A DNA stretch of 64,000 nucleotides from NCBI GenBank assembly GCA_000934665.2, contig JYFJ02001297.1:1-64000 (forward strand), read 5' to 3'. Below the pieces are notes generated by a model. It saw nothing but the letters and a program-made list of their open reading frames with translations, searched no databases and was not told where the DNA came from. A program made the position numbers and the translations under genes. Positions 24,401-39,400 of the stretch are shown one piece after another. How positions within the stretch are numbered: position 1 is the first letter of the stretch; each line of letters starts with the position of its first letter. The DNA comes from Catajapyx aquilonaris. Its lineage: Eukaryota.

Positions 24401-27400
24401 CAAGCGGGCCGAGGAAGTCGCTGGCGATGGAGCAGGAGTGTAGGGGTAGTTGTCTTCGTCGCAGGCTTGACGGGCCTTCTTGCCTCGGCCACTGCACCAA
24501 CTGAACATCGTGGATGCTTATGGTGAACACAGTCATGTGACGTCGATCGCACAACCCATCTGTATTGTCGGAACCTACACTGACTTGGGGGTCGATATCA
24601 GGTCCGGTTGGAGGTGCAGGAGTGTCCTTTTCGAGAGATTCGATGCAACTAGATCTATACCGCTTTATGCCAAGTGTAAAATAAGAGCTTTAATGATGTC
24701 ACGAGGCCTTTGCATAACTTAAATCGTTACATAAAATAGGAGATGCAACATTAGCGTAAAACATCTTCGCAATCTATAGCGAATAAACTACGGCAAAGTT
24801 TAATTATACAAACATGCGGCCTCAGCCACACTCGACCAAAAATTTTACACAGCGGTTATCGCTGCTTACGGACCGAAAACCATTGCTAACTCGCGGAGAC
24901 CGTAAATGACGGACAGTGTATCCGGATAATTCAGACCTAAAAAGTAGCCTATATTATCGATATCCGTAAACCATTACTTTGCAATACAACTGATCCTACT
25001 AACTTACTATGCTGATAAGAGGCTACTAACTGTGTATGCCTATTAACTACCATATAGCCCATTAAAATATTAGAATTTCGAGTATTACTTATTAATTATT
25101 GCATTATTATTATTATTATTATTATTTATTATTATTATTATTATTATTTAAGAAATAAAATTCAAATAGGAAAGCTGTGGCTCGCCTCTATACTATGGCG
25201 TTAATCCGCCTTATAAATGACAAACGGAAATCAACATTTTCGCGACAAATCGGCCACTTAGAGCACAGCACTTTGCTCTCAAAGCAGCTGCCGAATCTAT
25301 CGCGGCCCTTTCAGATGTGATGAACCGGCAAAGAACTTCCGGAGCAGCAGTTCACACCTCCTTGATTTTAATTCGGGCACTGCACTTGCACCAATTGGAA
25401 GCGACACTGGTGCCTTCCCCGCCAGAAATTCCAGATACCCGAACGAAATTAGCCGCGGGAGTACCCCGGTTATTCCCCCCCCCCCCCCCCNNNNNNNCCC
25501 CCCCCCCCCCCTTAAAAAATACCAATTGAACACAAACCACTTGAAACCATTCCTAAAAATTGAAACATGAACCTCAAAAATATGCTCAAGACCCGCACTT
25601 AATTTTCCCCCACATGGCCTTCATATTTTCCTCCACACTAAACATTTTCCAACCCACTTCCTACATCACCGTATCGAACACTCCCGCACTCATGATATCG
25701 ACCTCCAAATCTTCTCACACACCGTCTGATCCAGGAAGCAGCCTTTTCTTACACACATACACACACACTCCCTCCTACTTATTGGCTTCTTTCCCAGATG
25801 ATCCCCTCCCCCATGAACAGCGTGCCCCTTCCCGCATCCATCCGCCACGTTGCTGGTGGCAGGACTGAAGAGAATCCCTTCCAGCCGATCCCGCCTGCCT
25901 CCGGTGGGCCAACCAGGTGAGAGCTACCCCAGTCAAGGAAGCAGGTGAGGGAATAACCTCAAGTCCTGACCAGAAAAACCATGTCGAAGGGGCCAAGGGG
26001 GAGGGTGGATCACACGCCGTTTGGTCACGGGCCCACCTCCCACTTCAAAAGTTGCACTGGAGGGGTCCTTCAGATTCGACATAGCCTACGACACTTCCAT
26101 CGCCTAGAATTGCCTTGCCTAGATTTACTTCAAAAATAATTACATATATCTAGAATATTGGCGATATGTGACGACGACCCACCCTGTATGGCATATCGGC
26201 CAATAACAGTTATTCGACACAGACGAATGCAACGGCCGGGATTCTCCTGCTCTCTGAAACCTATCGTCTCGGCCTGCTTGGCACCTTTCACACACATACA
26301 GTGCAGTGCAATGACACTGTAATGCATGTACTGAATGGCCCCTATTACATGTTGGGGTGAATTATAGGCCCCGAAGCACAATGACTGGCAGTTATTTCCA
26401 ACCCCGATTCTTATGTCTGCTCTAGCATTGTAACATCTTTTTCATCGAATGACATCCCCACGCAGTCGGTCGGTAACTCCTGCACAAGGACATATACATA
26501 AGTGAGGCGAAACGTGATCACAATATTTACTATTCACACCCACGTTTCGACGCCATGTTGAAATCAAAATGAGTGACAACCATACGAAAAAAATCGCCTG
26601 CGTTCTTTATTCATGTTAGATTCCGAGTGTAACTGTAAAGTGTGATTGCTAATGCACGAGTACCGGTATCGAACGGTGCATCGTATAGCCAGCGACGTAA
26701 TAAAAAAAGGCGAAATCACGATCTGGTAGAAACGGCACAAAAACCTGTACCAACCCATATCATAAATCCTTAATATCATAAATCGGCACTAAAAAGTCAT
26801 ACTCGAGATTTACATTCCGGATCCCCTATCCAACTCGTCAATATCCACGAATTACGTATTTTACTACCGCTTCACTAAGACCGTTCCAAAACGCAAAGCA
26901 TTCCTTATTCTCTGAAAGTAGCCTCAAAAAATGGCAAAAGCGACGCCGAAAAAATAGCTGGAGGGAAAGAAGCGATCCAGAAATAGTCATCGGGGCTAAG
27001 GTCCTCATAAGCACACAAGAATTCACCGGGGTCCTGTCACTCGACATTATTTCGTCATGAAAATTAAGACATCCTGGCGCAACATCCAGGAGGCAGCACA
27101 CAGCTCAAACTTGATTCGCAAGTGAACTCAACAAAGACGGTTCATCGTCTTTGCCTCCCCCAGAGCGAGTCTACTCAAGTTGGCAATAACACCTGAAACA
27201 ACACAACGGCCTTGGGTGAACTCACCCAATATTTTTAAACCCCGCCGAATCGTCGTGTTCAAAAAGCACCACCGAGGCTAAATGCGAATGTCTGTTTACA
27301 TAGCCAAACAAAACTCGCCACCATGTCATATTGAGATAGGTCCGGCAGCATTCTATAATAGATTCGACTAGTGTTGTTGTTGCAGACATACTTGCGCAAC

Positions 27401-30400
27401 TTTTAACTAATGCTATAAGAATGCCCGACATATGAATGTAAACAAACAGGATCTGCTGAATAATATGTGGTTCAAGTGGTGACCTTATACAGTGTGTGTG
27501 TGTGGGTCACATATAACGGAATCCCGCGCGTGGGGTGTGTGTAGGTGTGTAGGAAATAGTCCAGCCCAGCATCCAAGCAGGTGTCGTACGAAGGACTGTT
27601 TAACTCCAGATATTGCAATATTTATATCCGGCCGGTATGCACCGATCGAAAACCGTGTGTACTCATATGTGGTTAGACGTGGTGTTGAAAGAGAAGCAGG
27701 TGGATGCAGTCCAGCTGAAAGCTACATGCAAGCAGACGAGGGTGGGCTGCCCTTGGGACGCCTGCCAGATGGGTCATCTACTGTACCATTCATGCACCTG
27801 TCCAACGAACCCTTCGATCGTGTTGGTCACCATCTGACCCTGCAATCAGTGCCTCGCCGAATTCTCACCCCCAGATAAAATGGTCTGTACGTGCCTAATT
27901 TGCCTTCACACAACCGGCCAGTTGTATTGTACAGTGTACAAGAAATCGCAATACATAATCCCACATTACAATTTCCGACAAGCCCCCTGCATATTAAACG
28001 GCCAGCGAAAGTCATGCAAAACGAACACGCACAGAATCCCACCCCCATCATTATCATTCCTCAAAAACAAACAATACCGGCATGGGAGCCTACACTTATT
28101 GTCCAATTGGACAAACTTCACGCCTGGTTTCTCCCGCCTTGCGCTCAACAACATCCGACCGCCACCTGCTAACCACATTTCGAAGCCTGACTCCCCTTCC
28201 GCTAGATGGCCAAAATTTCCGCTAGATGGCCAAAATTCCCCTACATGTGCCCGAGAGTTAGTTACCGAGTGTATTTGGCACATGGTGAGCAACTGAGCGC
28301 ACGCGAACTAAATGGTTCCTCAAGTCAAAGGGGTTGTACGCATATCCGTCTGTTAGATTGGATGTATGTCCATGCCAGCTGGCCTCACTCGAGCTCAGAA
28401 ATAAACGACCTACGTGCCCCACACATGTTGCTCCAGGCGCCTCTGCTCTACTATTTTTTTTTTTTTTTTTTTTTTAAATTTTGTGCATCAAACAATCGAG
28501 AATCTTACGCTGCAAAAATATTCGTAACAATAAGCAGGTATCCCAGAATAGATGGATCCGACTTCCTGTTTTTGCACGGCCCTCATTCTGGATAAATAAA
28601 TGGGACTCCCTGGTGAGGGTGGGCTCTTTAAGGCCGGTATTTACATGCGGGATGACAATGGGACCCTTTCAGAGCCACTCGAGTGACATATCCTTGGCAC
28701 ATTTTTTCCACTGCTTCTCCTTCCAAAGGCCTACTGACCTGGAACGGTTCTGTCAGATGGTTTGGATGTGGTATAGATGTTTTCCATAATAACAGACTGA
28801 ATACATTACAACTCTCCTAGTATGGCGTAGATGCAGCTAAGCCTAAATCGAGACTGTGTGCAAGGTGGTGCAAAACGTTCCTTCTTAGTACTGACTACCC
28901 TAAGTGCTTCCTCTTCGCCGGACGTACGCTTCAGAGTTCCAACCATTGAACCCATCCAGAATGGGCAAATAGTGTTTCTCGACGAGTCTTGCTAATCAAG
29001 CTCTACCAACAGTCCATTGGTTAGCAACAAAAGGCAATCTGAAGCGTGACGAGCCCAAGAAAGCTCCACCCATTGTCGACTCAATGAACTGACCCGAAGC
29101 CTAATCAGTCGCCGTACACTGGAAGCGCACTCCTCTAGCTATAAAAATGTGAGAGGTATCGGTGACACTATAATAGACCCATTTCAAACACCCCTGGTAC
29201 AAAAATTTCGAGTGTTTCTAATCAAGTGCTGTGAAAGGTCAAGTATTTCGAGAGGGGCTCCACCCACACGTGACCTTTTTGTAGATCCCGCTCGTTGAAA
29301 CATGAAACACAGCCCGAATTTAAGAGTTACATCACACCAATTAAGACGCTTTAAAACTTGGGGCCACTCGTGCTTTGACCGAAAAATGCCGGGATTTGCA
29401 CACCATGAATCCTTCGTAATTGTCCACTTAATATGGCACCAATTATTACAGTGGACATTCAGACTATAAGAAAAGCACGTCAAAGTATCCGGAATATTGT
29501 GCTGATAGTACATTAATTACACGGCCGTGATTAAACATTAAATTAATATTTACGCTCCTACAATGGCTTGTAGCTCCTACTCGCAGCAATGTTGTCGAAT
29601 TAATTGGAGTTTAAATCACAACCGTATCGCAATGTGCAGATGCGACTTTTTTCCTCAGACTTCTCACTGAATTCCCGGGTTCGATTTCCTGGGTCGGCTA
29701 GACACATGTGAATTTACTTGGTCAATTCTATAACGAATGGCGAAAGAGTTCTCAGCAGAAGTAGACCATAGCCCCCATCTTTAATCAATTCCAACGGGAC
29801 CATTATGAATCCGGCCAACGCATGCTTCACCCTCATATTACACTGCACATCGGTATTAAATTCATATCTACTATTTTAAGGTTAAATAAACCTTCCTAAG
29901 TGTGATATTACACACGGAAAAATCTGGCCCGCTACACTGTGCTGCTAAGCTAGTATTAACCCCCCAAAAATAGTACAATAATTCGGTTAAATTTGACACT
30001 GTTTCCGATCCATTATGGTCACAATAAAAGTTGTGGCGGGATTTTAAGGTAGGAACAAGGTTAGCGTGATTCTCCCGATAAACCAGTTCTACATTCAAGC
30101 TTGTAAAGCAATTATTGCTTTACACTTTCATCAAAAGTGCGCATTAAAGGGGCTGACATATGTCCCCCTCCTCCTGACCTTGCTGTTTAAGAAATAAATA
30201 ACGAATTTTAATCACTCGACCTATGACTGTGCAATATTCAGCAATTATTTATACCACAATTTCTTTCAAAATAATTATATGCTATATTGAACGCGACTAA
30301 ATTCTCATAATTAGCCTCAGCTCATGACTAAGAGCCCGAAAAACTCGGCATTTTATTACAGCTCTTCGCAGCAAAAAAACAAAAAACAAACAAACAAACA

Positions 30401-33400
30401 AACAAACAAACAAACAAAAAACAGTGACGTAGCCTTTGAACTCCAGGATTTACCTGCTAAACACAGATTCATTACGGTTAGACTTAAAACAAAGCTCTAC
30501 ATTTAAACGTGAGAAATGGACACTTGAAAGAACCGCTCCATATTTCCCACGTTGTTCTCCGATGCGGGCTTCCGTTTCCTTCTATTTTTCTACTGGACTA
30601 CTGTACGCCCCCATGTTACAAACCAAAGAAGTTGAACGACTCGATACAAAATATCCTGTGCGCATGGCAACCAAAGGCTTAGAGCCCCCTTGACTCCGTT
30701 ACTTTTTGGCTCACGAATCCGAAACCGTTTTACTGACCAAAATTTATTGTGTGCCTCCCAAAAACACCCATATTTTTGCGCTTCCGGTTTGCGACCTGAC
30801 AACCTTGCGAATATATGCCAAAAAGTGCTGCTGTTAACCTACAGAAGGACTATTCTAAATCCCGGTTTTAAATATGTGCCTATTTAGGCTATATGGTAAA
30901 TCGACAATTATTCTAGACGACGTGTTTCGGGCGACGCAAATACCCACCAGACTAGTTGTTTAATATTTGCATTTTACTGAAGTGTTGTTTTAATACTGTT
31001 CCAGCCCACTCGTAAAATTTAAGAGCAGGGCCATTAAATCTAGGCACTCGTATTACCACAGTCAACAGTTTTCGTCAGCCAAGAATACCACCAACCTCTG
31101 GTTGAAATGCCAAATGTGTATGCCCCATTGATTGTGCCAATGCTTTATAAAACGTGCTCAGAAATATAACAGTCAATCACGTGAATTACAAGTTCGTGGC
31201 ACGTGGCAAGAGGTTTAATAGGCCAGCCAAAAGCTATTGGCCAAGTGCTACTGTTTGTAACGCCACTGGTGTCGAAAATGTGCAAAAATATAAGGCCGTT
31301 TAATTAATCGGGAGTCCAAAAATAACCTTCAAGTCGAATCAAAACACAAAGGTGGTCTCCTTGGGGCGTTCGTGATAACGCTTATTAGTTTACCATATAA
31401 GAGGGGACAGTTTTTGTTGGGTTTCTCTTTCAGACTCACGCACACATGCGCGGGCATTTAAGAATTTGCATATGTTGACAGTCTGGAGAAAGTAGAAACT
31501 TCCGCGTTCTAAAACTATTTGGCCGCACTTAAAAGCAACATGATAATAAAAAGACATGGATATTATCACATTATGCATTTTAGGGCGTTACATTGTGGAT
31601 GACCTTTTATTAACATACATACCAGACAATGTGAAAACTGTTGCGGGTGTCACTGCCCTCAAAAAAAAATTTCCCCTCAAAATTTCGCGAAAGGTCATTT
31701 CACAAATCCTATAACCCCTCACGTACTACTAAGGTCCGGTTGCAACAGGTCGGATAATTAAGAATCTTAGATTCCTAATACATCCAATCGCTATCTGACG
31801 GGAAAATGGATTGAAACTGATTGCACCAGACTCTCAAGGAGAAATTTTTGGCAGGCAAGAACCCCAGATTCTTAATGTACCCGACCTGGTGCAACCGGCC
31901 CTAGATGCGGCACAGTAGAAAAGAGAGGAAAAAAATGATGTTCCCTGACATTGTTTTATTCGCCTGGTGTAGAGTGCTTCCCAACTGCACTGTCTCATTA
32001 ACATCACGCTTCTCCCGTAAAACAAGCGGGGATATGAAGGCGCGGAAGTCAATTTGATGGATATCGCGTCGTAACTGTTAGAAAATGAACATCACTGTGT
32101 AGGCTTTCTCCTGTTCAAGCTTGAATGAATGTAGAGGATATTAGCCTACACCAAAAGTATGACTCCATGTAGAATTTTATCATTGCATAAACAATGTCGC
32201 CAGGAGAAATATTTTTGTAGAAAGGCTTTGCGCCATCTCTATAAACTAGAGCGTTGCCCAAGGAAAAAACCGGGTTTTTTCCCGAGGTCATGAAACAATA
32301 TATCTTTGGTTTATTGAAAAACTTTGAATTTTTTCTCTTTACTGCCGATAACGGTACCTGTTCATTTATTAACAAGTTTTATGTAACTAGCGGCAAAAAT
32401 TCACTCGTCTCTGTTTTCATTCATAACATTTCATTGTATACTGCAACCGGTTAAAATAATAGTTTTTAAAACCCAATTCCTCAAATAATTATTGCAGTAT
32501 TTGCCTGAACACTACTTATAGGGCCGGTTTCACCGAGCTCAGTATATGATAAAACCACGGTTCTTTAGCAAAAACCCTATCTATTTGTATGGATTTTCCT
32601 AAAGAAACCTGGTTTTATCATATACCAAGCTCGGTGAAACCGGCCCTTACTCTCTGAGACCCAATAACTGGAGGAATTCTCATAGAGCTCTTGTTGCAAT
32701 GGCTGGGTATTAGAATATATCTATGTCCTTCGGGGGATTCGCCATGAAAAACACGCACGACCGATACTGACAAGCTTATTTCCTAAATTTTCGGTTGTTA
32801 ATAAGGCGCTGTGGAGATATTTAAATAGGCGAAGTCCGTATAGCAAATTGATAACGCGCATGGACAAAGACAAAGAAAAGTTCGAAAAAAATCAAATTAT
32901 CCCCATAAAAGCGAATTTTCCGACAGTAAAAATTTGGCCCTTTTTCACAACACTAAACCATTAACCTATATTTTTCCAAATTTGCAAATGGACAATTTCA
33001 GAGCTTCAATAGTCTACTGGCATAATATTCGCGAGTTTCATGCCCGATTGCACCAACTGAATTACCGATCCGATAGCTCCTAACAGATCTTTAGGTAGCC
33101 CTTTAACATATGTGCTAACGTTCTGTTAGGAGCTATCGAATCGGTAATTTTGTTGGTGCAATCGGGGATCAGTATTTTTATGCACCTAGCATTTAATATG
33201 GAGGCCAATTGCGCTAATCTGTAAACACCTGCCTATATAGGTGACACACTAACATTTTTGTCGACGCCGACACCCAATTTGTGAACTTGACGTGAAACAT
33301 GAACGTCCACTTACTATTGTCCAGCAACATCCCGCCGGAAACCAAGTCCTGACCCCGGCCGAAAATCCAACAGGTCACATCGGAACGAATGTCAATCCTC

Positions 33401-36400
33401 CACACCCCGCTTCCTCCATATGAATAAATAAATCCTCACACACTCGCACTCGCACTGAAGCCACCAGCCAAACAGCACGCACTTGAACTTATCGAGGCCG
33501 CCAAGTGAACAGAACCAAACACCCCCCTCCTCTCTTCCTCCTTGCCTCTCACCACCTATCCCTCCCCCTGCCCTCCCCACCACCCACCTTACATAGCACA
33601 CTGTCTCTAAGATTCGCGACTGGGGCCCTCAAGTAGCTTCTCAACACTCCACTTTGTATATTTCCGTCCTTCTGGTTGGTCCAAAAATTGTGGGTACTCC
33701 CACCCTCTCCCCCAACGACAACAACGAGACGCTCGCTGTCGTCACGCTCCCTTGCTCTTCAGCTCTTTGAATCCAATTAAGACCAACAGTTATGTCAGAT
33801 GTTAAAAACGTAACTTCACGCGGGCTGTGTGGTTCATTTCAGCGGTGGACCAACCCTTGCCGGTTCGTAAGTCATACATTGTATATGCTATTGTTACAGA
33901 ATGTATATCACTCCAAACATTGATAGCATTTCGCATTTTCCCACAAACCGGTACCGTCGCTGATACTCGCGAAAACAATATTAGTGCGAACACTCTTCCT
34001 TGTAAACCAAAAAAAACCTGTTTCGAATTAAGACTTTCACGTTATTCACACTTCCTTACTGACGCACGTCTCTCCTCGTGAGTTACGCGCCTGCGTTGAA
34101 GAAACGGAAACGCAACTCAACTTCCCGTATTTCAAGTGCACGTCACCTTTTTAGTATATAGGAGAGATTATTACGCCGAAGCAGGCCAAATTGTGGGTCA
34201 ACGACTCGCCCGGACAAGGGAAAAAAAACAAAAAAAAAACGTGGAAATATATTAGAGAAAGTCCAAGCACATCGGACGTTCGCAATCTAAGCCAATTTGG
34301 CCGACCATGAAAACTGCGAAAGTTGCGTTAATCACACGCGCTACACACACTGACGTAAGGCGACAAAGTGCAACTACCCAGCGGTTTTCTGCTGGGTGAA
34401 AGCCCCAAAGGAACCGTTGCATCCACAAAACCCCAATCCTTTCTCCATAACTACCGAGTACACATCCCTGCCACTCACGCGACAACAAACGGTGTCAAAG
34501 TCGTGATATGAGAAGTGGGTTCCTGTTTTGGGAACCGCAATCGGAGCAAAAATATGGCCGGGGGGAACGACGAAGTGCTCACTGGCGACTCGTGGGTGCC
34601 CCCTCACGCCGCGCCGAGTGATGTCATTAATCGGGAGTGATCAATCCGGACGGATGATGCTTCTCGGAATCCAGATGCATCACAGGGCTCTTCCCTTGAT
34701 GACACTCAGGATACGTTGCCCTATATACTGCTCTGACAACACACACAGCGAATTTCCTTATTTTCTTCGATTCAATGCCACATAACTGCATGATCCTCAA
34801 TCGTCAGAGAAAATGCAAACATGGTCGCATCCCAACTCTCAAGACTCATTATCGGTCTCTTAACATTCTTCTAGAACCTGAAGAAGTCCAGAAGGTCAGC
34901 TCGATTACCCAACCACTTGTGGTCCGACTAATATTAGCTCCCTCAACTACCCCAAGATGCAGTAAATAGGTCGAAATGGATAACTTCTCCACCGAATGTG
35001 CGCGCACGACCATGCCCGAACCAAAAATACACTGCCATTTTGGCTCGTCCCCGACGATATCACCCCACGCCCATCAATATGCGGGCCATGATTTGTTACA
35101 TCCCTGTTACGATCGCCAGGGTTCATGAAAGAGTTTTCTCCACCAAACACTCATTGACGCAATTGGTTGGGAGCCAAGTGGTCTAGCTCATTTTTTATGA
35201 ACCAATTGCCGGCTCGTTTCCAGACGGACATGTTTGACGTTGTCGCAGTTGTACTTTAAAACAGGGTGTACTCACCCCTTAGAGGCGACGGTTTTGAAGG
35301 AGTCTGGGAATGATGTCGTCGTGGTGGTAGATTCCTCTCAGACCTCGAGTTGGCCAGGCGTCCAGCTGACGACTTCATTTCTGAAATACACGACAAAGAA
35401 AAAATAAACGTACTGATAAGTCACATCGAAGTACACATGCAAACGATACAGGTTCCAGAAGATGGTATCACCTGTCTCGTGCCTGTGACACCATCTCCTG
35501 ATCATAAGAATGACAACCGAATGCTTAAAAGTATACAAACATTACAGAAATACAATATCGAGGACGTGCACTAGACATGTACTACGAAATCACATTACAT
35601 ATAGATACAAATGCCCATTACTTGTGCACTAATTACATTTAAATTATAAAACTCGACTACCATGCATTTAGAAAAATGGCTTTATGCAAGGGAGCAATCA
35701 TTCGATCCCTCATTAACTTGAGAGATGTATGACAAATTTAATGCACAAGTAGCACAAATTTCAATGCAGATCAAGAGTACAAAAAATTTCACATAGGCCT
35801 AGATAACAAACTACCTACAACATATACCCAAATGACAACATATACAGCTTGTACTACTAAATATTGTACTAAACAACACAGAACATAACATTGAAGAAGG
35901 TTGAGGCAATTTATATACACTGACGCTCTTTTCAGCCAAATCATTCAAAACCGGCCTATATTTCATCAAACTTAGCCATTAATGACTTCATGCTATCAGT
36001 TAACAATACCTCAACAATGTATTACCTAATAAATCATGGCGAAACGTTTTATGAACCATTGAACTCGTGGAAGCTAACTTTCACTCGGGAATTGTCACCG
36101 AGACACATTTATTTCCCACCAGCCCAATTTTTTTCCACGTGCCCATGCATTTGTATGGCAATTAGGATTACATACACCAGTATGGACGAACAATAGCCAT
36201 AGTATTCAGAGCATGACCTTCGATTGTTGCAGTAAAAGAACGGCTTTCACGGAATAACAAGTCGCCAGCACCTGTGTGTGACGTGAAATCTAGTGGAAAT
36301 CCTCTCTGATCACTAGTATATACCAACTATATATTCTGCTCAAGAGGATGTGGTCTACTGCCGTGTGTTTAGGAACCAACAATTATAAGGACAATTGTTA

Positions 36401-39400
36401 TTTAAACATGCTTCACTTGCTGTTGGCTGTTTACAAAAACTTAAGCAGATCTAGCCTACAGAATTAGGCGGAACATTATGGCAGAAAGGTGTCTGCAGGA
36501 TACCAACCATTTTCAAGACATTACATTGGTTCTATGGTCCTACTCAAACTCTCCGATTCTAAAGGCCGGTTGCATGAACGAAAATTAAGGAGAAAATCTC
36601 CCATTTTGTCAGACGACGCGGGTGAATACCTATACATAATCGGAGTTTTCTCAAAATTTGCTTTCACACAACCGGCCCTTGACTCCCGAATTATGTTTGC
36701 AGCAGAGAGGTTATACTTCGTAGTAAATTGACTTTTTTTTCAATAATTTTAGACTCCAGGGCCATGTGCTTTGTATCACAAAAGGGTCCAACAAATGTAG
36801 CTCTTAGGCACAAAAGAAGTTAACCCTTTCCTGAAACACAATTCGGGCTACGTTCGTGCTTGTTCTTCAGCCGTGCAATAAACCCACTTCCGGCTTTACC
36901 CAGACTCAGGTGTCATGTATTGTCCCAAACGTTCAAAATCCCACGTGCCCATGAAACGAAGTACCAACTACACGCAAGAAAAAACCTGTGCTAAACACCG
37001 AACTGCTACTATTCACAGTATTACAGTAGTGTATCCTCCAGAAGCACCTTTGAAGCATCCAGGCACCATCATACCGGCCTGAATATAGGCAACCGAAAGA
37101 AACGAAAATGCATACAGTCATCCACCAGCCCAAACAAATTCTAGGATGGGGAGTCTTAATAAATCACCTCCTCCTCTGAGGATAACCGCTCTGTTGGAAG
37201 CTGAGGAAGAATGTCTTTGATTCCTTTCGCTTATCTTGCGGGCCGACGAAATGGTCTGTCTCGTCCACACATGCTCCGGAGTGGTCGTCGACGTCGTCGC
37301 CGTTGAACTTCGGGATGCAGATGCCATCTTATATGCCCCACCTGAATTTATAGTCACCAAATTCCCAATTGACTTCTTTTGTAGCCTACTTTATGTACAC
37401 ACAGCTACTGATGACAACAGGCTACATTTTGAAGCATCATTAATCCTATATTATCTACAGTGATGTGAACCTCTAAGTCATCTCTTTGAATAGGTATTAT
37501 GATCAATGCATTACTCGGGACTTACTAGATTCACAGATACTCCCAGTAGGTTCTTTGGAAGGAGTGGCACACATTGCCACAAGTCACTTCCCGTTCACTG
37601 TTGCCAAACCGCATAATTTTATTGTATTTCACATAATGTGGCAAGGAAATGGAACTTGAGGCTGCTGCACTTGACCATAATACACTACCCGAGAGGGCAA
37701 AGGAAGAGTGTAGAGAGGGAGGGAGGGAACATAATTATGTAGCCCAATAAGGAATCATTAAGTCAACAGATTATGTCACACTATCGTTACAAATCAATGG
37801 TAGGTCTATTCTACACCTTCACCATGTACCGGGTGTATACAAAACGTTGGCGCATAACATAATCGTTAGTAGTGACTGCCTAATTACAATATTCAAGGTA
37901 TGTTGGCGTATATCAGGTCCTGCATGATCTACCATTTTCGTTAACCTCGCAGAATAAATTCACGTTCTCATGAATGGTTTTCCAGCCCAATCAGAGCACA
38001 GAAATTATTCCTTTTCTCCCAACAAAGCGACTTAACCCAAAGTGATGCAAAGCAATATTTTACCTGCCGCCCACTACACTTCTGTAGCGGTGCAGTAGTA
38101 CTCGTTTCATAATCTCGTTGAATATATTTGCGTCTCAAATCTAATTGCAAGGGCGAATCGCATGAAAACTGAGCAGGTCTATAGGGACAAACAAGCACAA
38201 AAGAGAAAAAAAAATCTGTAAAACTCTCACCCACTCATCGACCAAATGGTTGATATCAGCATGGCAGCAGGGCCAATAAAATTTTAAGAGCTGATCCTCG
38301 CCAGCCAATTCATAAACATTGGCTTTTTAAACTAAGACGCAATATGCAAATTCTCTAACATGAATTTTAAAAATATTCAAATTCCTGACATACACTATGT
38401 TTATTTTGTACCGACACGTTCCATGGCCTACGTGACTCCCAAGATTGCAGCGGAAGTTTGGCCATTACCTTCGTTAACTTATTGCAACCTTCTTCGCGAT
38501 TGGTTGTAACTTGAAATTACCAAGATAACGCCCAAACTTTCGCAGAAATTGGGAATTAGGTTCCTCATAATACTCTCCAGTTAATGGGTTAGTTCGTAAC
38601 ACGTAACCGACTCCCTCACGTCACAAACGTAACAGTCAAAACATGAACCAACTTTCCACGCAAACACTACTCCACTCGAGGCCCAATTGACGTACCCAAG
38701 TAACCAAACGCCTCAGTATCTACATGTTTAGATGTGTTTTTACCTTGAGCCCGTTGTTCCTGTGCTCCCTCGGTTCGGTACAGAGTGCGGAGGTAAGCCA
38801 TATTCACTCTCACAAAGAAACTGAAGCAATGAGCTACCAGGTAGCCCATATTGAGAGCCAAGGAGAACATGATTCCGAGGGGAACGCACTTTAGGGACGG
38901 AGAAACCAATTTTAAAAGCAGCATCGTTGCTAGAGGAACCCTTTTTCTATGCTCTGCAGGGTATAGAATTATTTAGGTTATTCATAAATGTTGGCGAATT
39001 TAAATGATCAAAAACATCAGTTTCCGTGAACAAAATGTGGCTCACGGAGGCTCAATGCCGCTTCAGCCTTCCGCATGTACTGTACCGGAATGGCTGTGTG
39101 TACAGCACATCCACGAACATGCAGGATGATTTTTGGTTTTCAGAGTATTAAAATTTTTTCTTCATCAGGGACTTGATATTAACTTATAACCGCCTGAGGC
39201 GCACCACTTCTTCATTCTTGCCTATCTGGTCATCTGTGGCAAAACTCGCGCGATATGATCCAAGCTGGAATTTCCTACTTTTGAGCATTTTCTTCCCGTC
39301 AGTCGGGGGGGGGGGGGGGGGGGGGGGATATATATTNCATTAATCAAGGGGGAGGGGGAGGGTAGAAGATGCGCCCGATGACGACTGATGCACACCGCCC

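Noticed and set aside
25475..25511. Poly-C tract with Ns (also a poly-G tract with an N near 39305-39338)
   Set aside because: Assembly uncertainty in homopolymers. Lengths are unreliable, so I make no G-quadruplex claim.
28201..28240. 20-bp tandem duplication GCTAGATGGCCAAAATT
   Set aside because: Only two adjacent copies with no spacers. This is simple slippage, not a CRISPR-like array.
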